A stretch of DNA of 56,812 nucleotides. Source: Chiloscyllium plagiosum (Eukaryota). Under the pieces are notes generated by a model, which was not told the DNA's origin, made no database searches, and saw only the letters and a program-made list of their open reading frames with translations. The position numbers and the translations under genes were made by a program. Shown here one piece after another: positions 1-11,200 of this stretch (its first letter is position 1; each line of letters begins with the position of its first letter). The stretch is from the NCBI RefSeq assembly GCF_004010195.1, contig NC_057718.1, positions 62,295,407 to 62,352,218 on the forward strand. The letters run 5' to 3'.

Positions 1-134
1 ACCAGTGTCTTATACAACTGCAACATGACCTCAGTACTCCGGAACTCCATTCCTCTACCAATAAAAGCCAGTACGCCATATGCCTTCTTCACCGCACTAT
101 TTACCTGGGTGGCAACTTTCAAAGATCTGTGTAC

Positions 135-520
135 AAGTGTGAAGTAATACATTTGGGGAGGTCAGACAATAAAAGCGAATGCCCAATCAATAGGAATATA
201 CTGAGAGGGGTAGATGGAGTGAGAGATCTTGGTGTGCAAGTGCACAGGTCCCTAAAGGGAACAGTACAGGTAGATAAGGTTGCAAAGATTACATTTGGAA
301 TGCTGTCCTTCATTGGCATAGGTATAGAATGCAAAAGTAGGGATGAGATGATGAAACTATATAAGATACTTATGAGTCCGTATAAGACCTCAACTTGAGT
401 ATTGTGTGCAGTTTTGTTGACCACATTACAGGAAGGACATAATTGCTCTGGAGAGAGTGCAGAGAGATTTACTACAGTATTGCCAAGGCTGGAGAATTGT
501 AGCTATGAGGAGATTGGAGT
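135..520 (+). mobile_element. Old CR1 LINE RT C-terminal fragment (mirror copy at 1050-1435, minus)
   Basis: KCEVIHLGR...RDLGVQVHRSLK...YK.L...LEYCVQF CR1 ORF2 motifs. Confidence 0.85.
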
Positions 521-672
521 GGTTGGAGTTGTTTTGGAGTTGGAGTGGGGGATTCATTGATGGTACACCATTGAATGCCAAGGGGCAGTGGTTAGATTGT
601 GACTTATTGGTGATGGTCATAGTCTGATATTTGTGTGGCATGAATGTTACTTGCCCCTTATCAGACCAAGGA

Positions 673-897
673 GGAGAAAGTGAGGACTGCAGATGCTGGA
701 GATCAGAGCTGAAAAATGTGTTGCTGGAAAAGCATAGCAGGTCAGGCAGCATCAAAGGAGCAGAAGAATTCTTCTTCAAGAGCTTATGCCCGAAGCGTCG
801 ATTCTCCTGCTCCTTTGATGCTGCCTGACCTGCTATGCTTTTCCAGCAACACATTTTTCAGCTCTGATCTCCAGCATCTGCAGTCCTCACTTTCTCC
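673..897. mobile_element. Penelope-like element terminal (pLTR) hairpin at the palindrome centre
   Basis: GAGAAAGTGAGGACTGCAGATGCTGGAGATCAGAG...GCAGGTCAGGCAGCATC is the same sequence family as the ends of the RT/GIY-YIG element at 35507-37966 and the hairpin at 42146-42352. Confidence 0.85.
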
Positions 898-1435
898 TCC
901 TTGGTCTGATAAGGGGCAAGTAACATTCATGCCACACAAATATCAGACTATGACCATCACCAATAAGTCACAATCTAACCACTGCCCCTTGGCATTCAAT
1001 GGTGTACCATCAATGAATCCCCCACTCCAACTCCAAAACAACTCCAACCACTCCAATCTCCTCATAGCTACAATTCTCCAGCCTTGGCAATACTGTAGTA
1101 AATCTCTCTGCACTCTCTCCAGAGCAATTATGTCCTTCCTGTAATGTGGTCAACAAAACTGCACACAATACTCAAGTTGAGGTCTTATACGGACTCATAA
1201 GTATCTTATATAGTTTCATCATCTCATCCCTACTTTTGCATTCTATACCTATGCCAATGAAGGACAGCATTCCAAATGCAATCTTTGCAACCTTATCTAC
1301 CTGTACTGTTCCCTTTAGGGACCTGTGCACTTGCACACCAAGATCTCTCACTCCATCTACCCCTCTCAGTATATTCCTATTGATTGGGCATTCGCTTTTA
1401 TTGTCTGACCTCCCCAAATGTATTACTTCACACTT

Positions 1436-2095
1436 GTACACAGATCTTTGAAAGTTGCCACCCAGGTAAATAGTGCGGTGAAGAAGGCATATGGTGTACT
1501 GGCTTTTATTGGTAGAGGAATTGAGTTCTGGAGTACTGAGGTCATGTTGCAGTTGTATAAGACTGTGGTGCGGCCACATCTGGAGTATTGTGTGCAGTTT
1601 TGGTCGCTATACTATAGGAAGGATGTGGAGGCACTGGAACTGGTGCAGAAGATGTTTACCAGGATGTTGCCTGGTATGGTAGAAAGATCGTATGAGGAAA
1701 GGCTGAGGCACTTGGGGCTGTTTTTATTGGAGAAAAGAAGGTTTAGGGGTGACTTGATAGAGGTGTATAAGATGATTAGGGGTTTAGATAGGGTCGACAG
1801 TGAGAATCTTTTTCCACGTATGAAGTCATCTATTACAAGGGGGCATAGCTTTAAATTAAGGGGGGGGGGGTAGGTATAGGACAGATGGTACGGGTATGTT
1901 CTTTACTCAGCGAGTCGTGAGTTCATGGAATGCTCTGCCAGTAGCAGTGGTGGACTCTCCCTCATTATGGGCATTTAAGCGGGCATTGGATAGGCATATG
2001 GAGGATAGTGGGCTAGTGTAGGTTAGGTGCGCTTGGATCGGCGCAACATCGAGGGCCGAAGGGCCTGTACTGCGCTGTATTCTTCTATGTTCTAT
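1436..2095 (+). mobile_element. 5'-truncated CR1 LINE 3' end (relatively young)
   Basis: ORF 1418-1873 reads VRPHLEYCVQFWS...RRFRGDLIEVYK; 3' UTR and (TTCTATG)n tail. Confidence 0.92.
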
Positions 2096-2099
2096 GTCT

Positions 2100-3590
2100 C
2101 TAAATTTCTGGGACCTAATCAAGTGTATCCCAGAATGTTCTGGGAAGCTAGGGAAGAAATTGTGGGGCTCCTAGCAGAGCTATTTATATCACTTAAGCCA
2201 TAGGTGAGGTATTGGAGAACTAGAAAGTGGCTAATGTTGTGTCTTTATTCAAGAAAGGCTGTCAGTAGATGCCTGGAAACTATAGATCGGTGAATCTGAT
2301 GTCAGTGATAAGTTATTGGTAGGGATTCCGAGACACAGGATTTGTCAGCATTTGGAGAAGCAAGACTGATCAGGAATACTTAACATGACTTTGTGTCAAA
2401 CCTGATTGACGTTTTGAGGGCAGAGGGGTAGAGTTGTCTACATGGACCTTTGACAAGGTTCCGCATGGTAAACTGATTAGTAAAGTTAGATCACATGGAA
2501 TTCAGGGAGGGCTTAGCAATTGCATACAAAATTGGCTTGATGATAGGAGACAGAGTGTGATAGTGGAGGGCTGTTTTTTGGACTGGAAATCTGTGACCAG
2601 CAGTATCCCCACAGGGTCCACTGTTGATTGTCATTTATATAAAAGATCTGAATGAGAATTTAGGAGGTATGATTAGTAAGTTTGCAGATAACACCAAAAC
2701 TGGTGGTATACTTGACAGTGAAGAAGGTTATCTAGGATTAGAAAGTGATCTTGATCAATTGGGCTAATGGACTGATGTGTGACAGATGGAGTTTAATTTG
2801 GATAACTGCGAGGTGTTGCATTTTGGTAAGAAAAACAAAAGCAGGAATTACACAGTTAATGGTAGGCCCTGGGTAGTGATGTCAAACTAAGAAAGTTAGG
2901 GGTTTAGGTACATTGTTCTTTTAAAGTCATGTCACAGGCAGACAAGGTGCTTTAAGAAGGTGTTTAGCACACTTGCTTTCATTGCTCAGACCATTAAGTT
3001 TAGGAATTGGGATGTCATTTTGACGTTGCACAGGACATCGATGAGGCCTCTTCTGGAGTACTGTGTTCAGCTCTGGTTGCTCTGCAATGGGAAGGGTATT
3101 AAGTTGGAGAGTATTCAAAAAAGATTTACCAGAGAGTTGCCAGGATTTGAGGGTTTAAGTTATAAGAAGAAGCTGGAAATACTTGGAATTTTTTCACTGG
3201 AGCGTAGGAGGTTGAGGGGTGACCTTATAGAGGTATATAAAATCATAAGAAGCATAGATAAGGTGAATAGCAAAAGGTCTTTTCCCTTTCCTCTAGTTCA
3301 AAACTAGAGGGTATAATTTTAAGGTGAGAGGAGAAAGATTTAAAAGGGACCTGAGGGGCTACCTTTTCACAGAGAGTGGTTCATATGTGGCGTGAACTGC
3401 CAGTGGAAGTGGAAGATGCTGGTACAGTTACAACATTTAAATGACATTTGGACAGATATGAGAATTTAGAAAAATTTAGAGGAATATGGATCAAATGCTG
3501 GAAAGTGGGATTAGTTTAGTTTTGGGAAATTTGGTTAGCATGGATGAGTTGGACCAAAGGTTCTGTTTCCGTGCTGTATGACTCTAAAGT
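2100..3590 (+). mobile_element. Degenerate CR1 LINE (RT domain to 3' tail)
   Basis: FDKVPH, KFAD, LEYCVQLW and RLRGDLIEVYK motifs broken by stops and frameshifts; ...CTGTATGACTCTA tail. Confidence 0.9.
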
Positions 3591-3837
3591 TCAAAAGTGT
3601 AGATTTAGTTTTATTTTTTCTTCAGCCTTTAGTTCATTAACACATCAAGTCATTACATATAATTGCAGAAACAGGAGTACGACACTTAATTCACTGGACC
3701 TGAACAAAATGGGCCATGGTATAATTTCTGGCAGAATCGAGTCAGAAGTCCAGCAAGGCCTATCTCAACATTGGAAACAACTTGCTGCACCTTTCGTGTA
3801 TTTGTCAGGCAGTGAGAAGAGTTTCTCACTGGATACA

Positions 3838-4118
3838 GCAGCATGGTGGCTCAGTGGTTAGCACTGTTGCCTCACAATGCCAAGGATCTGCATTCAATTC
3901 CAGTCTTGAGTGACTGTCTGTATGGAGTTTGCACATTCTCCCAATATCTGTGTGGGTCTCTGCCAGGTTTCCTCCCAGATTAGGTGGATTAACCATGGTA
4001 ACTGCATGGTTATGGTGATAGGGTGGAGAGCCAGGTCTGGGTGGGATGCTATTTGGCGGTCGATGCAGACTCAATGGGCCAAACAGTCTCTTTCCAGACT
4101 GTAGAGATTCTATAATTC
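3838..4118 (+). mobile_element. HE1-like V-SINE, internally deleted
   Basis: tRNA head TGGCTCAGTGGTTAGCAC, V-domain GGAGTTTGCACATTCTCCC, GATTCTAT tail. Confidence 0.88.
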
Positions 4119-4989
4119 TAGCAGTGAGTTACCAATTAAGATAAATTATAACTTATTAACACCTATCTTACCTCATTAAAACTCAGCTTCCTTTATTACT
4201 AAACAAGCTCGACATTGAGAATTCTGGTATTGGAAGTCAGAGTGACATCAGCTTGCTGCTTGCTCCAAAGGACCTCCATATTGGACACCAGGCACTACTC
4301 GCCATATGTACCCTATAATCATGTACGTTAGAATGTGACATATGTCAACCTCTAGGAACTTCAGAGCACATCTCCAAACCATATAAAGGACATTTCTGCA
4401 CTTCAAAGCTGCACTGGGAACAATTAAAAAAATGCTGTTTTCATCTCCCATGATACTAGTGTCTCTCGCTCAGACTCCAACAAGGCAGAAGGGGTAAAGA
4501 CTGAAGGCAGGCTGCCTGCCATTCATTGCCTAACCCCTTATGCAGAGAGCATCCTGTAATGTTGCTGCAAGGACAGTGTGCCCAGAGACATATCCCCAGC
4601 TCATGGACTGGATGAGGGTGCATGTCTGGCCAGTTCACTTGCTGTCAATGCACTCACTCACTTTAAGCTACCTGGATACTCACAACATCACAATCTTGCA
4701 TTGCCTTGCCTTCCTTTTTTAAGCTTTATTCTCTCAGTTAGAGGCTCATAGTTCTGTCCTGCCATGTCATTTAGCACAGTCACAAAGAGAGAGAGAGAGA
4801 GAAAGAGAGGGCAACACAGAGAGCAGGCAGAAACAGTGAATATTAGGGGGTTGGAGTGGATAACAGCAAGTGGGGAAGATGTTGCCACCAATAGAGAGTG
4901 GTAGAGCATGAAGCCTTGCTGGAGGTGGTTAGTGGTAGAAAGAGAGTGAGAATGAGGTACCGAAGAGGTGGCTGATTGGTGAAGGATTC

Positions 4990-5275
4990 TGTCCTTCCTT
5001 CTACACGATTGGCCGTTCCTTCAGAGAGCCAGGGGGCGACCTCAGACAAGGTGAGCATGGTCTGGTGTCAAGGATCATCTGCTCGTCCTGGAGTTAGAAA
5101 GGTTTGTGCCTGTACAACACCCCACCTAGAAGGGCCTCTGGATTCCTGCCCACAGATTGGGGCACCAAGTGTCTCTCTTCTGCAATGTCTAAGACAGGTA
5201 TCAGGAACCATGCAAGGCAGCTCTGGACTGACTGTTTGTCCAGGACCACAACTGCCTTTTAAAGATGGCACGGCA
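4990..5275 (-). mobile_element. Possible decayed PIF/Harbinger Myb/SANT-like ORF remnant
   Basis: The minus strand reads AP...GRNPEALLGGVLYR across a frameshift, resembling the APRF..DLEALL..V..R start of Harbinger Myb/SANT proteins. Weak. Confidence 0.3.
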
Positions 5276-5345
5276 GCGGGTTGGTGGGGGGGGGGGGGGG
5301 GGAGATATGCCAATCAATTCCAAGACATCCTGGCAGTGGCAACTT

Positions 5346-5677
5346 CATAGAATTATAGAATTACTACAGTACAGAAGCAGGCCATTTAGCCCAAGAGTCC
5401 ACACCAACCCTCTGAACTGCATCCCACTCAGACCCATCTCCCTATCCTATCCCTGTAACCCATGGCTATTCTACCTAATATGCACCTGTCTGGATTTTAT
5501 GGACAATTTAGCATGGCCAATCCACCTAACTTCAAAATCTTTGGACTGTGAGAGGAAACTGGAGCACCCAGCAGAAACCCACACAGACATTGGGACAATA
5601 TGCAAACTTCACAGCCACCCAAGGGTGGATCCTTGTCATTGTGAGGCAGCAGTGCTAACCACTGAGCCACCATGCCG
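5346..5677 (-). mobile_element. HE1-like V-SINE
   Basis: Reverse complement of the tRNA head, V-domain and tail. Confidence 0.9.
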
Positions 5678-6399
5678 TCAAGTTCTTCCAGTCCAGTAAC
5701 GGCACATGGTAAGATGACAGAAACACCCTTGGGCAGGTAGATAGCTAATGAGGTGTGTTTAAGATACGCTAGGCCTCAGTGAAAAACCCACAAAAAAAAA
5801 CTTGATGCAACTGGCATTTAGCCAAACAAATGTTAAGGTTTGGCCTATTGTGATTAACTATAAACTGTGTCTTAGCTGCACTTCTGCTTTTTATTTTCTC
5901 ATTCTGACTGTCTGGTTTGCTCAAGGATGTTTCCTACTTTGACAGCAGGCCGATCTGCCTTGTGGTATGTATCCCCCTCAGTACATGAGAACTATCCATC
6001 AGAACATAGAAACAAGAGCAAATTTAAACCTTGCAGCCCCTCAAACCTGCTCAGTCATTCAACAAAATTATGGTTCATCTGATCTTGCCTCAATTTTATT
6101 TTCCCACCTGTCCCCCATAGCATTTGTGATTCTTTCTGGTGCCCTATGTCATTTCAATAAGATCCAGTTTCCCAATCCAACCACCCACTTCTTCAACAGG
6201 TGCATTCAAACCTTTGCATATAAAAGTTGTTTTATTTCTTTTCAATTTACAAAGGAGTGTTTTAGGATTAGTGGGGTTATACTTGTACTAAGTGCTAAAA
6301 GTCTTTGAATTTGTACAATAAATAGATAGTTTTAGAGTGTTGCTGCTTAGGTTTCAGCAACAGACCACTCCATTTAAACTAAAATAAATAAAAATATGA

Positions 6400-7600
6400 T
6401 CTACAAATCCAGATTCCTGACTGGAATCTGACTTGTCTGGTACTAACATCAGCTGGGATCACAAGTTCAACTGCTTTGTTTCGAATGTTAAATGCATTCA
6501 GATATTGAAATTTTAGTTTTACCCTTTTACTTTCTTTGTAAATTCTAGTCTCATTTGTTGTCCGACTTGCATTCATACTCTCCATTCTATCCTGTTACAA
6601 TCTATTTATCATATACTGCATCAACATCTTTCTCTTTGATTTTGGCTCTTCTTTGATTTACCACCTCTTCCCTAATTTGATCTCTTGTTCCCACTGTTCA
6701 GTTTAAAACTCTCTCTCAGATCCCTAGTTCTTCAGTTGGCAAGAACACAAGCTCCAGCATGGTTCAGACATTGTCCCAATCAGTACAGACTCCATTTTCC
6801 CTGGCCTGATGCCAGAGGCCTGTGGACTGGAACTGACTTCTTTAATAGTTGAGCCACACATTCATCTCTCTGATCTGATTTCCCATACCCAACTTGCACT
6901 TGGCTCAGGTAATAAGACAGAGATTCTGAACTTTTGAGGTTCTGCCTCTTATTTGGCACCTAGTCCTCATACTGACTATGCAGACTCTTCGTGTTGTCCT
7001 GACTATGTTGTTGGCACCTAGATCGACTATGATGATTTGATCCTCCCCTGCCCATTCCAAATTCTTCTCCAGCTCTGAGCAGACATCTTGAAATCTAGCC
7101 CCAGCCAGCCAACACAGCTATCTGGAATCTCAGTCTTTGCCTCCTTACTGTACTGTACTGCTTCTTCCACATTCCTACTTACTCCACACCCTTGAGTAGC
7201 TTCTTGTGCCATGGTCAGTCAGTGCATCACCCCTACAGCCCTTACTCTCAGCATAATGAGCTGAAAGAACCTCAAGCCTGCCGGACTCATGCACTCCTGC
7301 CCTGTGTCCCTTTATCTGCCTCACCCACAGTCATACTCTCCTGTCCCTGAATACTGACCAAGCCAGGTGATCCAACTCCAAGAGGTGCAACTCTCTCCTG
7401 GTAAAAATGATCCGGGTGACCTGCCGATTCCTGCTGTATTACAGGGTCTATTGTTCAGTGACCAGTCATCAAGTCTGAGCTCAAACTGCACAAACTTCAA
7501 TCACTAGCTGCAGACCAATTTGCTCCAGATCAAACTGGTATTTAGGAGCTCTCATACATTGTAACTGATGCATCATTTCTCCTGCCATTCTGAGAGTGTT
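6400..7600 (-). mobile_element. CR1 LINE 5' part: decayed ORF1 (SGNH esterase-like) and start of the ORF2 endonuclease
   Basis: LKFQYLNAFNIRNKAVEL resembles the APE start YLNARSIRNK; a decayed W..GKWSLY...LNHAGACVLAN esterase-like motif lies near 6735-6815. Confidence 0.65.
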
Positions 7601-8233
7601 CCATTACCTCAATGAATCTATTCAACTTTACATTTAGATGTGTTATATATTTTGTTAACCCTACAACCAGCTGCTATGCTACTTTGAACCTTAAGAACCT
7701 TAACCTCTTACCAGATTCTCACTAGTTAACTGGCTTCTTCTTTTTAGTAGAATAATAAATTACTGGAGGGTGAAAGGGTTTAGGCAATAGCAAAAGAACA
7801 CCCCTTTCCTTCCTCCACTTAACTGCCTGAATCACTTAGCTCCTGCACTCTATCCATTTGCCAAATTGCATTAACTTGGTTAGTTTTATAGGCCCCCATC
7901 ATAAAAAGGTGGATCTGACTCACTTAATGAGAAATTCTGGTTTCACCTCTTAAATTCTTAATTAAGCAGCCCTTTAATTGAAATCCTCTGGGAAAAAACC
8001 CTGTTTAAGTCTTGCATCTGCAGAATTTAAAATGTAGGTTTCAGTTTAACAGCAATTACAAATTCCTGTTGTTTTAACATATTTCTGTGTGCTAAAACAG
8101 GCATCATTGTAATGAATGCTGATTTAAAAATAATAATTTCTGAAACAGGATACATATTTAAACTTAAAATCACAGTCCAAACCAACACGGTGGTTCATTT
8201 AAAATAAGACACAAGAAGCTGAAACATAATTAC

Positions 8234-8290
8234 CATTTCCCAAGGCTCTGACATCAACATCTTCTCTTCCTGAAGAGGAAAAGTTTAAAC
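8234..8290 (-). CDS. PUS10: PUS10 coding exon 11 with catalytic Asp (LNFSSSGREDVDVRALGN)
   Basis: CAG acceptor, G|GTAATT donor, 57 nt. GREDVD active-site motif. Confidence 0.97.
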
Positions 8291-11200
8291 CTGCAGGTAT
8301 AAAAGATGCTCTTTGGATCACAAAACTATACAAATTAATATTTTCGGTGTTAAATAATAATAATATTTATTATGTTAAGGTTCCCTAATCTGACTAGATG
8401 AATGGCAATATGGACGAGTTGGACCGAAGGGTTTGTTTCTGTGCTGTACATCCCTATGACTCTATAAGCATACTTTTTTTTAAAAAGGACAAACTTAAGA
8501 TGAATTAAACAGGAGGGGGTAGAAATGAATTCCAAATAATGCTTTTACAATGTAACATTGGCAATCAAACATTTTGAAGCTCATTACTCTGTGGGAAAAG
8601 GAGTTCAACATTATTTTGAATTAAATGGCACTTAAAATGGGAACAGATCTTTCACATTTCATTTTCTTTCGCCCTGTAATTCATGGAAAAGTTATGCTGT
8701 AAACACAAAAAGAGATTTACAAGACCGCCTCGCTTACTCGAACAGAAGGATTTCTTTTTGTGTTGTCTGCAGTGCTTGTAATCACTTGCTGCCTCCTCAG
8801 TAGTCTCTCACATGTGCATACTCAGTGAAGGACTGCAATATTTTGCTGGCTGACGCATAAGACTGCAAGAGTGAGCTAGTTCTTGACTGAGGTTGCATCA
8901 TATTGAAGTTTAATGGATTTACAGCTAAGAGACACATGGTCAAAAGGATGATCTGGGCTGGTTTTGATCCAGAGGTTGGAGAGGAATTACCCAGATTCCC
9001 ATGACCAGCCATTGGGCTGGGTTTTATATACAATGTCTCAGCACTGGGTTAGAAAGTGTTTAGTTATGGTGGCCTGAGCATTATGAGTGTGAGTGACCTT
9101 AATGGGGACTCTCTTCTTTTTCTGTATATGCAAAAATATGTCATAACAACAAAATTAGTCACAGAAGGTGTTGAGATTCCATGTGAACACATCCAGGCAA
9201 GCTTGCACAACATGAAACTTCACTGAACTGCAAAATTGCAACAACAGAGATAAGCAATTTTTTTTTTTAAATGAAAACAAACCAGTCATTTCAGATTGTA
9301 CTAACTTCAGTGAAGCATCAATCATATTCCACTGGCTATAATATTGCCTGACTTTTCTGTTGTAAAGTTTCACATGATATTAAAATTCTTAGTTTTCATA
9401 CTAAATTCTTCAATATTTAGAAGTCTAGCATTTTAATGTTTTCCATCTTCAGTGTACCATATCACAAAAACTTTAGTTTGGGAGACTAAGACAGACATCA
9501 CATCACAAGCTTGGATCACAGCAAGTCTTATATTGGCATCTAAAGGCACAGAAATGCAAAAAAGCATTTAAGAATTTTACTTTATTCAAGTAACTTACTA
9601 TCTACTTTAAACGTTTTTTTCAGCGGCTCTCCTATAAGTTCTTCCACTGAAGACTCCATTTTTCTTTCTCCGTCTATTACCCAAGGAGTCTGTGGTAGAT
9701 TCCTGGAGAACTTGTTATATCTGCCTAAGAGAAACACAGGTATCCACTTTTCAGATTTCTCACTCTCCACATGTGCATTATTTGACACATTTATGTATCA
9801 CAATTGTTAACAACAGTATGTGTAATGTCGAAGTACAATATTCAAATAAAGCAAGATAAAGGACTTGTCACCTCCTTTTACATAGTACAGTCCTAGATTT
9901 TAGAACAGACAGGTGGCCTCCTAACTCAGAACTAGGGACACCACCTCTGCTCTACAAAAGCTCTAAGGCTCAGACAAGAACTTTTTAAAAAATTTACTCT
10001 TATTTTTCTCATCAACCTGGTCAGAGAAGTTATTGCATACCTCTGGAGCAGGTGGATCTTGAACCCAGGCCTCTTGATCCAGGGGCAGGAGTACTACCAC
10101 TTCATAAGATGGTCCATGGCTCAAAGAGAATAGCTCTATTCCTGATGAATATCCTCGGATGCTGCCTGACCTGCTGTGCTTTTCCAGCACCATTCTGATC
10201 TAAACTCTGGTTTCCAGCATCTGCAGTCCTCGCGTTTGGCTCAAAGAGAATAGCTGCAGAGTTGATTCAAAGCAGGTGATGCTCGAGTTCAAGTCCAGAT
10301 GTTGGTAATAGCATCTTTGATATCTTTGGTGTAAAACCATCAAGGGGATATTGGTGGACACCATTTGTTGTTTAATTAGTTGACTGGTTAAATTGGTGGT
10401 GGTTTATTTAAAGAAAAACAACTGGACTCATATCTGAGGCAGAGAGGGGACTCAGGGTAAGATGATGCTATTCTAGAGACAGATGGGTCTTAGTTACATT
10501 CAGTACTCTCAAATCTGTGCACAAGCTAACAGAACTGTTTTAAAACTCCAGTTCCAAGCAGAGGCCAAGAAAGCAGCACATATAAATGTCAAAGTCAACA
10601 AGCCAAACAAAACAAAAATGATCTGAACAACTTCCGCTCACCTGAAATTCTAATGGTGAGAACTCTTTGATCCATCATTCTGAAACATTGATCGATGAAT
10701 CCATTTGAAGGCCATATCTGCAGAAATGGCCAAATGCTAACTAAAATAGATACTATTTTATAGAAAACAGCTGGGCTGTTGGTCTGGCTAAAGTAGCTAT
10801 TAATAGGTGCAGGCACTAGCCCATGGAGAAGATCAATGGTCTTGATTGCCTGTCCCACTTCTGCACCTATGTTCACTCCTGGTGTCCTTGACGAGGAAGC
10901 ATGCAATGTCTACCAACACCTTTGAGGCATTTAGGGAGAGGTGGGCACTGTAAGGGCTGGGGTCCATTATTTCCCCTTCCAATCCCATTCTGATTTAATC
11001 AGAAGTCACATGACACCAGGTTATAGTCCAACTGGTTTATTTGAAATCACAAGCTTTTGGAGAGCTCCACAAAAGCTTGTAATTTCAAATAAACCAGTTG
11101 GACTATAACCTGGTGTTGTGAAATTTCTGACTTTGTCCACCCCAGCCCAACACTGGCACCTCCACATTTTGATTTAGCCTCTCCTCTTTCTTTACCCATT

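Larger units (their letters stand above)
1..1569. repeat. Long near-perfect inverted repeat (arms 1-769 and 801-1569, 31-nt spacer)
   Basis: Position i is complementary to 1570-i. Mirror ORFs 119-424(-)/1146-1451(+) and 426-854(-)/716-1144(+). Mismatches seen only at 5, 6, 41, 48, 75, 291 and 764. Confidence 0.97.

Noticed and set aside
426..1451. Pairs of identical ORFs on opposite strands as duplicated genes
   Set aside because: They are a by-product of the palindrome and translate antisense LINE and pLTR sequence.
1..8233. Next PUS10 exon (RPFAIELVNP-like)
   Set aside because: No matching in-phase exon was found by eye; it probably lies beyond the window start, so I do not call the gene truncated.
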